DNA of 63,536 nucleotides, filler included, from Choristocarpus tenellus KU-1152 (GCA_964200185.2; 13 parts of 13 records of this genome joined end to end with filler, not necessarily neighbours in it); one strand, 5' to 3'; counted from the whole stretch's first letter, positions 25,253 through 39,069 are shown. A program made the numbers and translations. The notes: a model not told the origin generated them from the letters alone.

Positions 25253-26353
25253 TCGTTTATATAGGTGTGAATGGAAAAAATTGATACTCTTGTTCTTGAA
25301 GGCTGTGCGTACAGTATGGCTATGGAAAAATAAGGTTACAGAATTCATGGATTTAACTTGCAAGGCGAGAATTTTAACTTATACTGCCATTCCATTATTT
25401 GAGCGGAATCCTTCACAAATAGTGGATTAGACTCTTGGCTGAAAGTCTATCGTTCTAACCACCTGAGCAACAGGTCTCTATTTTGTTTATTTGGATTATT
25501 AAATTTGACATGTTTGAACCAGCAAATACATATAATTTATTGAAAACTGGCAGTACAATATGACGGCTTATATGCTGAGGGTTTGGGGTTCTGCTTTTTT
25601 GTAGTTTCAGTCGACTCTCCTTTACAAACGGTGAGGTAAAAGTGAGATATTTTAGCTTTTGAACGACTGGTCAGACATGGCAATCACCATATTTTATTTT
25701 ACTATTATTGCTTGCATCGGATTAGTGGGGGATTATCCTCCAGAACTTCACGCACTCAGATGAACACGCTGCGACATTGATGTGAGGTGATATACCTGTG
25801 GAGCGATAATCCTTTTTACAAACTCCTGTCTCTCATTCGCAACAAGCATATTGGGCTGCCGCTGACTTTCCATGGCCAGAATGGGGTACCGCAGGGCGCC
25901 ATGATGTGAGTGGGCGACAGGGGGGGTGGGGCACGGGGGGAGAAAGAGGAGGGAAAGCTCCACCAAATTGTACCTCCCGTGATCCGGCAGCCCTGGGAAA
26001 AAGGGGTTGTCTGCCTGGGTAGAACCATGGGGGCTGTGCGAGGGACAATAGAGAGGGAGAACATTTGCTACGAAGCAGTCACAGTGCTTGAGAAGTAGAA
26101 GAAGGGAGAGGACAGGGGAGGGCTGAGTGGATTGTACTCGAGAAAAAAAATAAGAAGACATAGTCATCCACCTGCACCAGGAGGAGGAATGAAACAAGGG
26201 GGACTGTGCCTTGGTGTGGCTGGGTAGAACGGATGCTGTGCCTGGGTTGAAGGGGTGGGCTATGCCGGGGAGTGTGTGTTTGGCTGCTTTTGTAAAATTC
26301 GATGATCAAGCTACAAACATACATGAGTAGGCTGTAGGGGTCTGCGTGTAATT

Positions 26354-26610
26354 GAGTGGAAGCATCTTAGAGGGTACGAGTTTTGCCCTGTTTGTCCATT
26401 TGGAGCTTGGCTTCCCAAGGGGTTTTTTTATTACATTTTCCTAATCCGAAATATCTCGGAGTAGGTAAAGTGTGTACGTTATGAAAAGGTGTGTCCAGAA
26501 CAAGGACATTTACACTTCCTAAAAAACGATAGCCAAAATTACATCAAAGTCGCAATATTGGATTTTGGCCCCAAATGGACGCGGCTCTACCCTCTAAGAT
26601 AATTTTACTC
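26354..26610. mobile_element. MITE family A copy
   Basis: TIRs GAGTGGAAGCATCTTAGAGGGTA / TACCCTCTAAGATAATTTTACTC. Confidence 0.88.
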
Positions 26611-27353
26611 AAACGTTACCTTAAAATTGGACAACATGGATTTCAAAATTGCAATTTAGGCATCAAAGGCCAGACCCTCCCTGACAGTATATAACAAAAA
26701 AACACGTTCTGAGTCAACCATCCCCTGATCATTGTTGCATAAGCAGAAACTGGTTGGCAGGTGGAAGAGAAGGGGGAGGGATACCTGGCAATAGTTCAGA
26801 ATATCCACCCCTTCATATGTAGCGATAGCAATGTTAAATATTATTGCTCACAAATAGTAGTACTCCTAATGAGCCAAAGTAAACGCGAGGTATCCATAGT
26901 TGCATTTTAGGTTTAGGGTTAGGGATGCTGACAAACATGTGCAAAGTTCAGTTTCTTTTACAAATGCGTGTAGGAACCTTTCTGAATTCTGTCCAGAGGT
27001 TTCAAACAATAATAAAGAAATCAACGGTCTCGAGTCAAACTTAGCACTTCATATAGACATGGGTAAATTGAAAAAGATTGAAAAACTTAGTTTAAACAGA
27101 AAACGGGCAAATCCTGAGTACCTCTCGTTTACTTTATTTAGCTCACAGCTGCTTAGTATTAGATAGAGACATCCCCCATACCAGATGTGGAACTATCAAT
27201 ATCGTTAGCATCTGATTCGAAACCACACCACTGATCAATCAACAACCTCCACCATCCCCTCAATTCATACCTGTACATGAATCTCTGGCTATGTCTTCAT
27301 GTCTGTTTTGTGAACTTTTTGAGATGACCTATGTGAACCACACATTTCTACAA

Positions 27354-28241
27354 TCAAAAAGCATGCTCCTGGAACCATTCTTTCGTCACCTTGGAGACGT
27401 GGATGGGTGCATTGTCCTGCTGTAGAATGCATTCGCCACCGTAAGTACGATGGGAAAAGGGCAGAAAGTACTCCGAGAGTGTCCGTATATACGCCTCCGA
27501 ATCTTGGTTGCCCTCCAGGGTTGCCAGCTCAGTCTTACCGAAGAGGAAAAACCCAGCCCATACCATCACCCCACTACCAACTCTCTACTGGCACACAAAC
27601 TCCTCAGGCTCGTCCCTCAGATCATGCCAGTACATTTGGAGGCCATCCGGTCCATCTAGGTTGAATTTATTTTCGTCAGTAAATACGACATCACCCCATC
27701 CTGGCCCCCGTGAGACACTTTCTATGACAAGCCGAACCCGTGCTTCCTTGTGCCAAGGTGTCAGGTCGGGGGTCCGCTTTGGCATACTGCACACGATCGT
27801 TTCATCATCATACAGACAGCGCTGGACTGTACGTATGCTACAGTCAAGATTGAGAGCGTTTTGGAGGCATATATACGGACACTCTCGGAGTACTTTCTGC
27901 CCTTTTCCCATTGTACTTAAGGTGGCGAATGCATTCTACAGCAGGACAATGCACCCATCCACGTCTCCAAGGTGACGAAATAATGGTTCCAGGAGCATGG
28001 TATCCATGTACTGGAGTGGCCACCGAAATTCCCCGATCTCAATCCAATAGAGAACCTCTGGGGGATCATGGCTCGCAAAGTTTATGCCCATGGAAAATAG
28101 TACTCGTCATGCTTCGAGCTGACGGAGTGTGCGAAGAAAGCTTGGGACGACATTGAGGCTGAAACTATGGAAAAACTGGTCTCATCCATGACAAAACGTT
28201 GTACAAGTAATTGAAAGAAAAGGAGCTAAAACATCTTATTA
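27354..28241. mobile_element. Tc1/Tc3-like (DD34E) transposase pseudogene, rearranged: 5' part on minus strand (27862-27354), 3' part on plus strand (27863-28241)
   Basis: Minus: SIRTVQRCL...VFTDENKFNLDGPDG...MVWAGF...QQDNAPIH. Plus: QQDNAPIH...[15 protein letters not shown] (34 residues from D to E). Confidence 0.9.
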
Positions 28242-28461
28242 AGTAGCACTTTATCACCATCTTTCTCATCTGGTCTTATATTTTTGTCGCAACCTTTCAC
28301 GACACGTTTCCCACCTACCCACCTTTGACGNNNNNNNNNNNNNNNNNNNNNNNNNNNNNNNNNNNNNNNNNNNNTTAATTAATTAANNNNNNNNNNNNNN
28401 NNNNNNNNNNNNNNNNNNNNNNNNNNNNNNCCATTGAGATACGGTGTGTGCCTCCTTTTTT

Positions 28462-28775
28462 TTATTACTTTAATAAAATGTATTTATTATTTTTTAATAC
28501 TTTAATAAAATGTATTTATTATTTTTTAATACTTTAATGAAATGTATTTATTATTTTTTAATACTTTAATAAAATGTATTTATTATTTTTTATTACTTTA
28601 ATAAAATGTATTTATTATTTTTTAATACTTTAATAAAATGTATTTATTTTTTTTAATACTTTAATAAAATGTATTTATTATTTTTTAATACTTTAATAAA
28701 ATGTATTTATTATTTTTTAATACTTTAATAAAATGTATTTATTTTTTTTAATACTTTAATAAAATGTATTTATTT
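28462..28775. repeat. AT-rich minisatellite, about 32-bp unit, about 10 copies
   Basis: Repeated TACTTTAATAAAATGTATTTATTATTTTTTAA. Confidence 0.95.
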
Positions 28776-28892
28776 GTGAAAAAATTCTCTCCCTGACCTC
28801 CCTCCCTCCCTCCCTCCCAATCAACCAATCACAATCAATCAATCAATCAACCAACCAATCAACCAATCACAATCAACGTAAACGCAATGAAG

Positions 28893-31800
28893 GTGCCGGC
28901 CAATTGTACGGTGGATGAGGCGGTCACGGCGATGGTCAACCAGAGAGCGACTTCATTTATAGTTGTCAACAGAAGCAAGGTGTGGTTTCAATTTGAATGT
29001 GGTGTGATGTACGTGTGTTCTGCCTGGTTGTTTGATGAGAGCACCCTCAAAAACATCTTTGGTCTTACTGGGAGGTACAAGGACAGGATCTCTACCCTTC
29101 AAACCAGACACAGTCAGCCTCAATGACTTAGCCACCTTCACCATCATTTTCACCCCCCTTTCTTATCCCTCCTATTTTTCTAGTAGTTGTATGGGTGCTC
29201 TTTCTTATCCCTCCTATTTTTCTAGCAGTTGTATGGGTGCTCTTTCTTATCCCTCCTATTTTTCTAGTAGTTGTATGGGTGCTCTTTCCTGTGCCAGCAT
29301 TCGTTGCAGGTGTATCTGTGTATTGTGCATCTATGTTTTTGTGCGTCTATGTGTGTGTGTATGTATGTATGATGGGGATGTGTTTTTTGTTTTCTTTTGT
29401 GGGTAGAGTTGTTATTGTTATTGAACACCATGGGGGAGTATTGGATGTTGGTGCAGGTTCTAGTGTTTTTTTTTTTACTGTTACGTACAGTTGACCAACC
29501 TGATGGTTGAATCAGAACCTTCGCAGTTGAGGTTAGGGTTAGGGTTAGGGTTAGGGTTAATTGATGATTTCATTTGTGACTACCAATGTACTGGTGATGG
29601 TACATGCTAGATGTAACTGATAGATAACACTGTGTTGCCATGTCAACCCTACTTCTTCTGTCCAGAAAAATAAGAAGTTTTCTGGATTTAGTCACAAAGA
29701 CAGACATACACACAAAAAAACAAAACAATTTTTGTTTTAAATGAAAACACTGGTCGATTTTTTTTGTTATACTAATAACAATTAGAACATTGTTTTTCCA
29801 GTCATTTGGTGGATCAGTGTTCTATTTCATAAAATATTATTCTGCTGTTCTAGTGTGTGTTTGGATATTGTTCTGATTGCAGGAGGATTGTTATTGATTT
29901 ATATATATACATGTATTGCTTGAGTTTATTTTATATATTTGACACAAATGAAGATACTTCTTTCTTGTGGGAGATATGTGTGTTTGTTTTGTTTTTGCAG
30001 GCAGTTATGCCCACTTCTTTATTGCCATCCAGGTAGGTAGGTAAATACAGCTAAGAAATAATATTTGGTTGGCAGTTTCAAGGACAAATCGTAGATTTGT
30101 GACAGCCAGATATGGGATGGGGGGATCGATTGGTTGGTATGACGTTATGAGGTACACCACCAATATACACAGTTACACTGATGACAGTATATGCTCAATA
30201 CTTGATGCTGCCATTGGTTAGGGTTAGGGTTAGGGTTAGGGTTGGGGTTAGTCATACTGCTCCACTGACTCCATCAATTCTATATTGTTCTGTTAGTTCC
30301 CTGTTGCCAACCTACGTTTGATTATTGTTCTGTTTGTGGGAGAACAAATATATATATATATATTCTTTAAATTAATGTAAAGGGAAATAAATTGGGTTAG
30401 AGTTTAGTTGATGGTAGATTATGTATGACTTTGGAAAAAATGATGTGATGTATGTACTAGGTTATTCTGTCATTTGGTGTACTTCATGTTGCCATGTGGA
30501 CTCGCCAATTCTCCTATATTTTATTTTATTTTATTTTATTTCCTATTTTTTATTTTATTTTATGTTATTACAATTTGTTGTAATGATTGATGACCCTTTG
30601 TGATTTTGGTGTATATTGACATCTCCTTTATATGTACATAATGTGTGTTATATTAGATGCCTTATATGCACATATTCTGTGTGTTATATTAGATGCTCTA
30701 TATGCACATACTGTGTTTTGTATTTGATGCTTTATATGTGCATATTATGTTTTTATTAGGTGCTTCATATGTACGCATACTCCATACACCCTGCACCTCC
30801 TCTGTAAGCATGTCATCTGCCTAGTACACATCTGTTTCTTTATTTTTTTAATGTTTGTGCTGATTGTGTGTGTGTGCATGTGTTTGCATGCTGTTGATTG
30901 TGCTGTCATATATATATATGTGTGTGTGTTTGTATGTATGTTATTCAGGAGGTGATTGGGATGTTCACTTCTAGAGATCTTCTTGGGGAACTGGCAAGGT
31001 ACCCTCACAAGGCGGATGGACTTAAGGCCAAGGCATATGAGTTTATGATTCCTCTAAGTCAAATGTATTTCTGCTCCCCAAAGGTACGTCGAATGGGTTG
31101 CTGTTGGTGTGTGGTTAGATCATTAGAATCACACATGATGGTGATCATTTTTTGTAATGTATAGTGCTTACTAATTAGCTTACGTCGATATTATTTATTA
31201 TAAGATAATTTAAGGTGATACGACTGTGTTTTTATATTTTTATATTTTGGTTGGAAGCAGGTACCAAGCAAATTGTTGTGAACTGAAAATTTGTTGATGA
31301 TTTTTTGGTTAACACTTTTTAGTTTTTTATGTGTTTCTTTTTTTAATGGAGGGGTTAGGGTTAGGGTTAGGGTCAGAAAAAGCTTTTACTTCTAGGCTTT
31401 TATCTGTATGAAGCACTCCGTAGTAACTCAATTCTTTTTACATTGCATTTTGAGGTATATTGAAATTGCTCTGTAGTGCTCTGTATTGTCAGAAAGTTAG
31501 ATGTGGGTACCACTGTGTTTCTCACCTTGTCTTGAGTGCAATTGTTTCACATTTTTCTTGGGGGAAGAGTTATGGGAAAGAATTACGTGTGGTTTCCATG
31601 AACCTCCTGCACCTACTGAAGTGTAGGGAATGTTGCAAACGGCATGGCGTTTTGAAACTAAGAAAAAAATCGTTGCCTGAGAAATGATTTGCAGTTTTTT
31701 AAACCTTTTTTAATTTTTTGAAATATCAATCTTTTTTTGGTGTTTTTTGAAAATAGAAACAGTTCAAAAACTGATAATATTTTTTTTTTCATTTTTTTGT

Positions 31801-32804
31801 TTGTTATCACAATACAAACAGAAGGACAACTGCTCACATCAAACAGCTGCGTACTTGTGAGAAGGGTGATCTCACTACTTATTCCCACTTATCACCATGC
31901 TTATCTCCACACTTATCACCATGCTTATCACCATGCTTATCTCCACACTTATCACCATGCTTATCTCCGCACTAACCACTGTTTATTTCTTTGGATCTGC
32001 CTCCAAAGACCTGTGGAGAATTTGAATCTTTTTGCTCGTGCTGTACCTGTACCATGTGCCTTTCAGGGGGGTTCAATTCCATTGGTTGAGATTTTTCAGA
32101 GTTTTCAGAGTTTTCTATAGCAGATTTGATCATAGTCAGGTTAATTCATAGGTTAGTTCAAGTCAGAGTGTTGAAACCCTTGGCCTTATTCTCATTCTTT
32201 TGTTTTTGAGGGGCTGAAGTTGAAGTTGACCACATCTGTACGGTTATGTGTGTGTTAGTTTGATGGGTGAGATGTTTGGAAAGATTGCCTATAGAAGTAG
32301 TGCTTGGCTTGAAATTGTGTGTGTTTGTGTGTGTGTGTGTTTTGATGGACTGCGCTTGCTCTTCAGTTTTTACCACTTCTTTGTTTTTTTATTTAAAAAA
32401 AATTAAAATATAGACAGAAGTGAATTGTTAGTGTTGTAAAATGATACTATCTCTAGCGGTCATTTAGTTTTTCTCAATGTTTCCCACTGTAGTGTATGAT
32501 CAAATTAATGTTAATAGTGCCTCTACACCTTTGGACTCTCTTGTCCCCCCCCCTGTCCCTTCTTTCCCTCTTTGTATACTGTGTTTACAGTAGTGTTATC
32601 TGTTCTGTACGTGTTCACATCTCTGTTTCATTTTTTTTTTACATTCTCAGACACACACACACACACACACACACACATCCTCTACTGTGACTGACTCACA
32701 ACCTTCCTGTTGACACCCTCCATTTGTTGGTCAATGCTTCTGCTGGCCATTGTCATGTCCAGGACTCACTGCATCAATGCCTCCTGGTGATGTCAGAGCT
32801 CAAG
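28893..32804 (+). CDS. CBS-domain (Bateman module) protein, partial; exons 28893-28979, 30949-31083, 32763-32804
   Basis: Three phase-0 exons with AG/GT borders splice to VPANCTVDEAVTAMVNQRATSFIVVNRSK|EVIGMFTSRDLLGELARYPHKADGLKAKAYEFMIPLSQMYFCSPK|DSLHQCLLVMSELK, a tandem CBS-pair pattern. Confidence 0.88.
29157..29290. repeat. 42-bp tandem repeat, 3 copies (intronic)
   Basis: CTTTCTTATCCCTCCTATTTTTCTAGTAGTTGTATGGGTGCT repeated. Confidence 0.95.
29531..29558. repeat. Interstitial (TTAGGG)n tract; others at about 12518, 26908, 30217, 31352, 60806, 61686
   Basis: Direct reading of GGTTAGGGTTAGGG runs. Confidence 0.9.
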
Positions 32805-34085
32805 GTGAGGTTTTTTTGTTTTTCAGGCGTGTTGTGTGTGTGTGTGTCTACATAACATATCTCTTGAACGTGACTGTTATTCATATTATTATTATTTATA
32901 TGGTACGGGTACCGCTAGAGATAGATAATACTGTATCTGTTGCAGGCGGGAAGGCGTTTTGGTGATATTAATATCATCAATGGGTGTGTGCAATAATCGA
33001 TCAGTAGATAGCCTTTGCCTTCAACACACTACCACAGCAGAGGATATACATGAAATGAGACCAAGGCACTGCCCTAGCCTGGTCTAAACCCTAAGCCTGG
33101 GCCTAAGCCCTCTTAGCGAATTGATCTAAGTTTTTTTATGTACTGAGCTTGTTAAAGGGGTGTTTAACTTTTTTTATATGAGTTGCACTACTACGTATTA
33201 ACCTAGTTAATTACATAGGAGACATGAAACACCCTCTGGAATAGTTAAAGAGTTAGACAATATATATATATATATATATTGCATTGGAATCGTTTGGGCA
33301 AGCCAGAGTGCATGTATTTGGTTCTGAGGTTGTTGTTCTGTGTGGAAATGATGATACACAGGGCATTTGAGGTCCAATTCAGAGTAAGTATACCTCAGAC
33401 TCCCAACTTAGGCAGGAGGCATTCTAAGCTCTGTAAGACGTGCTGCAGTTTGATTAAGCTCATCAAACAGATAGATTCATAGTAAGGCTGGCGGTGTAAG
33501 GTGTTGGTCAAGACATAGTAGCACCTCTGCCTCATGATATAGCTTGGTTGGGGTGCAAGAGGGTATATAATCCGGATGGAAACAGAGGGTAACTTCTGCT
33601 TTTTGGGGGTGGATAATGTTTTTGTAGTTGTCACCATTGTTTGTCCTTTTTGCTGGATGAGAGTCTTGCGTCATTAATGTGTTGATGGTCATAGGACTGA
33701 TATTTTGGATCTATGTTTTTGGTCACTTCGACTGAAAGTATTTGGGGGGAGGGGGGTCTTCACCAGGGTGTCCATTCAGGCCCTGACCAGGAAAAGTGCG
33801 CTTACATTATCCATCCATCCGATGCATGCATGCAACCAAATCACACAAAAATCATGACATGGAAAAATCGACCCGAATGGACAGACGCCACCCCCCTCCC
33901 CAGAGAACTCGAGGCACAACTCGCCAAAGTTGGCCATGCCGGGAGAACTAGTCTCACAAATAACAAANNNNNNNNNNNNNNNNNNNNNNNNNNNNNNNNN
34001 NNNNNNNNNNNTTAATTAATTAANNNNNNNNNNNNNNNNNNNNNNNNNNNNNNNNNNNNNNNNNNNNCCCCCCCAGATACTTGAG

Positions 34086-34350
34086 GTCATTGTCCACTTC
34101 GTTTTCTTCCACATTGAGATCCACGCTCTTGCTGCTTTGATGGAAGCCTAAGACTGTCTTCCGCCAGGTTTGAGATGCAGAGCGTCAAGAGCATCAGAGA
34201 TGGATTAATTAAATCATTATCCTCATCAGCAGATAGTGCATAAACACAATTCAATCATGATCACAATCAACCTACTTTCAGAATTTCAATCCACATGTTG
34301 ACACACCTCGGTATATTTGGCACCCCTCGTAGACTTGGCGTCAGGCTTCA
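34086..34350 (-). mobile_element. Second fragment of the pogo/Tigger-like element, bounded by MITEs
   Basis: Matches parts of 35810-36185 (GGTTTGAGATGCA...CCTCATCAGCAGA...GGCRTCAGGCTTCAG). Confidence 0.75.
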
Positions 34351-34532
34351 GAGTCAAAGTATTTTAGAGGGTAGAGCCGCGTCCGTTTGGGGGCAAAGAT
34401 CCAACGTTGCGATTTTGATGTAATTTCTTTTCATAACGTACACATTTTAAAATGTCATAAGAAATCAGTGGGAAGTCAATCCCCAAACGGACAAATAGGG
34501 CAAAACCCGTACCCTCTATGATACTTTCACTC
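34351..34532. mobile_element. MITE family A copy, internally deleted
   Basis: GAGTCAAAGTATTTTAGAGGGTAG...TACCCTCTATGATACTTTCACTC. Confidence 0.85.
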
Positions 34533-34869
34533 ATTATGCCCTCTGACATTTTCCAGATGTGTCAGGGGGGAAACCAATGAAACTATACATATTGTCAGTA
34601 TAAGCCATAAAGAAATAAAATGTCATAAATGTGAAAAACCCTAATCTATTTGTTACTTCACCACTATCTATGTTGTACTATTACCCTCCTGTGTCCCCAA
34701 TCATTATTTTTTGTGTTATTATTTTCACAGTTAGTTGGATTGTGTTATTATTATCATTGTTACCAATAATTTTTCAATTCTTAATAATATCAATATCGTC
34801 AATATTTTTATCATCGTCAATATTATTATTGTCAATATTACTATTTTCAATACCATATTTTTCGCTTAT

Positions 34870-35193
34870 TGTAAATAAGAGCGTTTTTCTCTTAAACCGA
34901 GGGATCGTGATAAGAGAAACCTATGTTATATCGAGCAACAGTGGTTGTAGGCACTTTAAACTTGTCCCCAAACGACGAAAGAGCGATGCCCTTGCATATG
35001 TGCTTCCCATGTGCCTTCATTCAAGAGTAGTTACACATAGATGTGCACTGAACATTGCCCTCGGTGAGCCCATTTCGATTAAGTTGTGGTGGTGCAGCAA
35101 GAACTACATCTACACCACCCCTGCACAGCGTACCACTGTCGTATGGATACAGTATTGCAACTTTGGTAAATTACACTCATTGCGATGTATTCA

Positions 35194-35231
<38 letters not shown>

Positions 35232-36994
35232 ACCTTCCCAAGAAAAGCATCCGCAACCTGTTGGATGACTGGATAGACGACTTGCTGTTCAAACCAAATC
35301 AATGTTTAAAGACAATCTCCTTCCGATGCCCTGCCCTACATATTCAATTGCACTCTACAAGGATATTATACAGTACAGTATCAAAAACGCCACTGTGAAT
35401 CAAATGCAGCTGCACCGCCATGCACCTCCCATCACACGCACTGAGTAAAACAACTTATTTGCTAATAAAAATTTCGCGACTGCCAACAAAATCGGGCATG
35501 TCCGCTTGTTTTATTGCCCTTGCCCCAATTGCACTGACCCAAGTCAGCTTTTCTTTCCAGAGATATGTTAGTACGAAATATCTTTCATGTTGAACTCTTC
35601 GGCAGTTGTTTCTAAGCTTCCAAACTCTTCAGCTACTTGAGAGTATGGCGGTGGAGGAATCGAGAACACTGAAGAGGCTACTCTGTTCCTTAAAACCCCC
35701 AATGCGCTGCCCCCTCACATAAACCCACCATCATCCTCGTCACCCAAGCTTTCTTTTTCTGACTGGTAGAAGGATTCCTCGAGCAGTCGGTCTTTCATGT
35801 CCTCTAGTATCGCATTGGCCACTTCATCATTGTCTTTCCCACCGATCCAAGCTCTCACTGCATTGATGGAAGCCTGAGACGGTTTTCCACCGGGTTTGAG
35901 ATGCAAAGCGTCCAAAGCATCGGAGATATCCTCATTAATATATAGGGACACCTTGTGGGAAGTACCTCTACGAGCAAAATGATCACCCGTGATACTATAG
36001 TACACAGTACAGACATTACAGTATGACAAAAACGCGCACAAAATCTCAAAAAAATCAATCATGATCCTCATCAGCAGACAGTGCAGAAAGACAATTCAGT
36101 CACAATCATAATGAACCTACTTTCAAACTTTCAATCCATGTGCTGACACACCACGACATTTTTGGCACTTGGCATCAGGCTTCAGCGTCTGTGCATTCTC
36201 CATGATGGTTCTTGCCTCCTTCTTCAACTTGTAGAGGGTGCTGCGACCGATTCCAAACTTTTGAGCAACCACAGTTCCCATCATGGTCTTCAGGAGTGTC
36301 AACGCTTCCACCTTCTCTGCAAAGCTCAAGTGTTTACGATTTTTGGCGCCGTGGGGTTTGTGGGACACGTCTTTCTCCGTATATTTTCTTGGTAGCACCT
36401 TCCCCTTCACCTTGTTCTTGATACCATGGCGCTTCGACGCCGTGTTGTCACCGGCTGGAGGACTCAAAGCCTTCCGCTTGGCGGGGCTCACACCCACAAT
36501 TTGCACATGTGTTTCATTTTGCTGTCGCCACAAGGATCCACAACGCCGCAAATACCATGGAGGTAGCCGTCACAAACGCAACACTTACGGCATGTACAGT
36601 GTGGCCGACCAAGAGTATTACCCTGTATGTTGCAGCTGGATCCCGCAGCGCAGGGCATCGTTACATCTGTACAATGCAGTCAACTAAACTCGATGTGTTA
36701 TATACTCTGTTACTGTACTGTGCAGTACTTAGACAAAAGACTGCTATGCTGTGTAATGCTGGTCTCGAGCAGCTTTGTGCATTTCTTATAGTTGCTTTAC
36801 TTTAGACATGTCTTTTCGTGAATCCCCTCGGTCAAGTAGTGAAAAAAAATGGGGGTTTGCTCGTTATAAGAGAAAATTGGCAGGAAAACGCCGAAACCTC
36901 TCTTCTAGCCCGAAAAGTCGTGACAACGCACTTTACCCTCTCTTATATCCCCTTTTCTCTTATACCGACCTCTCTTATCTAGGTACACACACTG
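34870..36994 (-). mobile_element. pogo/Tigger-like DNA transposon, deletion derivative (CENP-B N-terminal/psq-type HTH retained, DDE core not seen)
   Basis: ORF 36123-36551 has RKHLSFAEKVEALTLL...VAQKFGIGRSTLYKLKK. Acidic C-terminal remnant 35715-35950 and KKADLGQ tail. Terminus TA-CAGTGTGTGTACCTAGATAAGAG at 36994 with TAAGAG subterminal repeats. Confidence 0.75.
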
Positions 36995-37332
36995 TAGTAG
37001 TACTACTATTAATATTTTTTATTAGTGATATTGTTACTATTTTCTTTTTCGTTATTTTAATGTTTTTTGTGTTAATACTTGTAGTAACAACATTACTATC
37101 ATTTATCCATTTATTGTTATTACAATGTAATTTGTAGACAGCCCCAGTCGTCAGAAAGGTAGTACGAAAGAGAGATGAAAAAATGAAAAAATGACAGAGA
37201 CATCTTGAAAAAAAATCAAGAAAGGGAACAAATGAAAGGGAAAAAGGAAAATGTGACAACAAAGGGTAAATATGAAAAAAGAGAAAATCTGATAGGATTT
37301 ATTGATCAAAGATGAAAAAATAAAAAATAGCA

Positions 37333-39069
37333 CTTCCTACTTTCGGAATTAAATGTATCAGAACTTTGAAAATTCCTTTCTCTCCCTGAAACGTCCCACA
37401 TAGTAAACATGATAAACCCTCTGGATAAGGCGTAGCTCTCTTGTAGATTGGGAGGCATGTAAAGTTAGTGATAGTGGGCTGTCATAACTGCGGAGGATCA
37501 CCAGTGCAAAGTCAACCAAGTTGCATTTGACAGGGTTCAAAACCCTTGTGAAATTGTCAAACCAGGCGTTTATTGGGATACTTAGGTCGAAGGCCCCCTG
37601 TCGTTCAAGTGGATCACTCATCCTGTCGTCGCCCATTGGTCCCAATTCATTTTGGCCAAGAAGTCTGTCTGGGTTCCAGACTCAAACACCCCGACGAAGA
37701 ACAGTGTCATGGCGGAATGCCTGGAGGCGAGAGGGTGTGAGATACAGATGCCTCAGGGGACGGTGGCAGCCGTCACAGAGGACTTTAGAATTTCCCAAAT
37801 CACCGTGTTCCGTGATCTGGAGGAGTATTGACACACAGATCACACAGGGTGAATGCATGGACCTAGTATGATACGTTGCAAGGGGTGATGCGGCCGCCGT
37901 ACAAGTATCCTCGACGTTTGGGATGTCTCATCCGTACACCCCACATCCTTCCACAAATGGGCGGCCGAAGTGGGGTCTCCCTTGCCTCGATTTGGGATCT
38001 GTGCAAGTGCGAGAAAGTAAAGAAGGTCAAGCGGTGGATTGAGCCAGTCCTCTCGGATCAGCAGAAAGCCAGCAGGGTGGGTTTTGTCAACAGTCACACA
38101 CACAGGATGGGGGAAGTGGGGTATTAGTGGACAACCTGTATGACTCAGTGCATGTGGACGAGAATAGGTTTTTACATCCTCAAAGATGTGCAAGGTGTGT
38201 ATCTGTACCCCACTGAGAACCCCCCCAAACCCCTGCAGCTACAGAATAAGCGTTACATTATGAAGGTGATGTTCCTTACAGCTGTGGCCCACCCTAGGAA
38301 GCTTTTCAACAAGGTGTGGTTCAATGGGAAAACCGGGATCTGGCCAATCGTGGACACTACGGTCGCTCAGCACTTCAGCAAGCACCGCCCCAATGGCACC
38401 AAGGTGCTTGTGCCAGTCATGATGGATGGGGAGAGGTATAAGAAACTAATGATCGAGGATGCCATCCCAGCAATCAAGGCTCGAGTGCATAAGCTGGAAG
38501 GACACACCATCTTCATGCAGCAGGACAGGGCCAACCCACACACCAAGGGGGCAACCATGGAGGCGACGAGGATTGACATTGTCATAGAGACCCAGTCAGC
38601 CAACTCACCTGACCTCAACATCAACGACCCAGGGCCCTTCGTTTCATCCAGTAACTGAGGGAAGACATGGGTGTGACCAACACAGAAGAGCTGGTGGAGC
38701 CCACAATGGAGGCGTTCAGGAGACACTAGAGCACGTCTGGCAGGGCCCAGAGTGAAGCGCTGGGGTCCAAGGATGACAATGTCTTCAAAATTCCCTATCT
38801 TAACAAGGGAAAGGCTGAGAAGGTGGGCAAGCCCCCCCCCCAATGCCCCCTGCGGATGTGGAGAAACACTGTGCTGCTGGAATAGAGTTTTCGAGGGCTT
38901 GGGGAGCGGAATCATACATAGTTGTAGACTGTCGCTTTTTGCTTGAAATATTGGCGTGCAACCTTTCAATGTCTGCACAATACACCCATAAAATATTAAC
39001 ATATGAATAAAACCTTGCTTCATGTGAGCTACAAAAAGGTATATGCCATTTAATTCCGAACGGAGGTTG
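37333..39069 (+). mobile_element. Mariner-like transposon relic, same family as 1565-3250
   Basis: TIRs ...TTCGGAATTAAATG / CATTTAATTCCGAACGGAGG. ORF 38140-38658 KRYIMKVMFLTAVAHPR...QQDRANPH...QSANSPDLNIND. Confidence 0.9.

Noticed and set aside
34631-35398. 255-aa ORF as a membrane protein
   Set aside because: It crosses AT-rich low-complexity sequence, a (TA)n tract and a TE boundary. The hydrophobicity is compositional.
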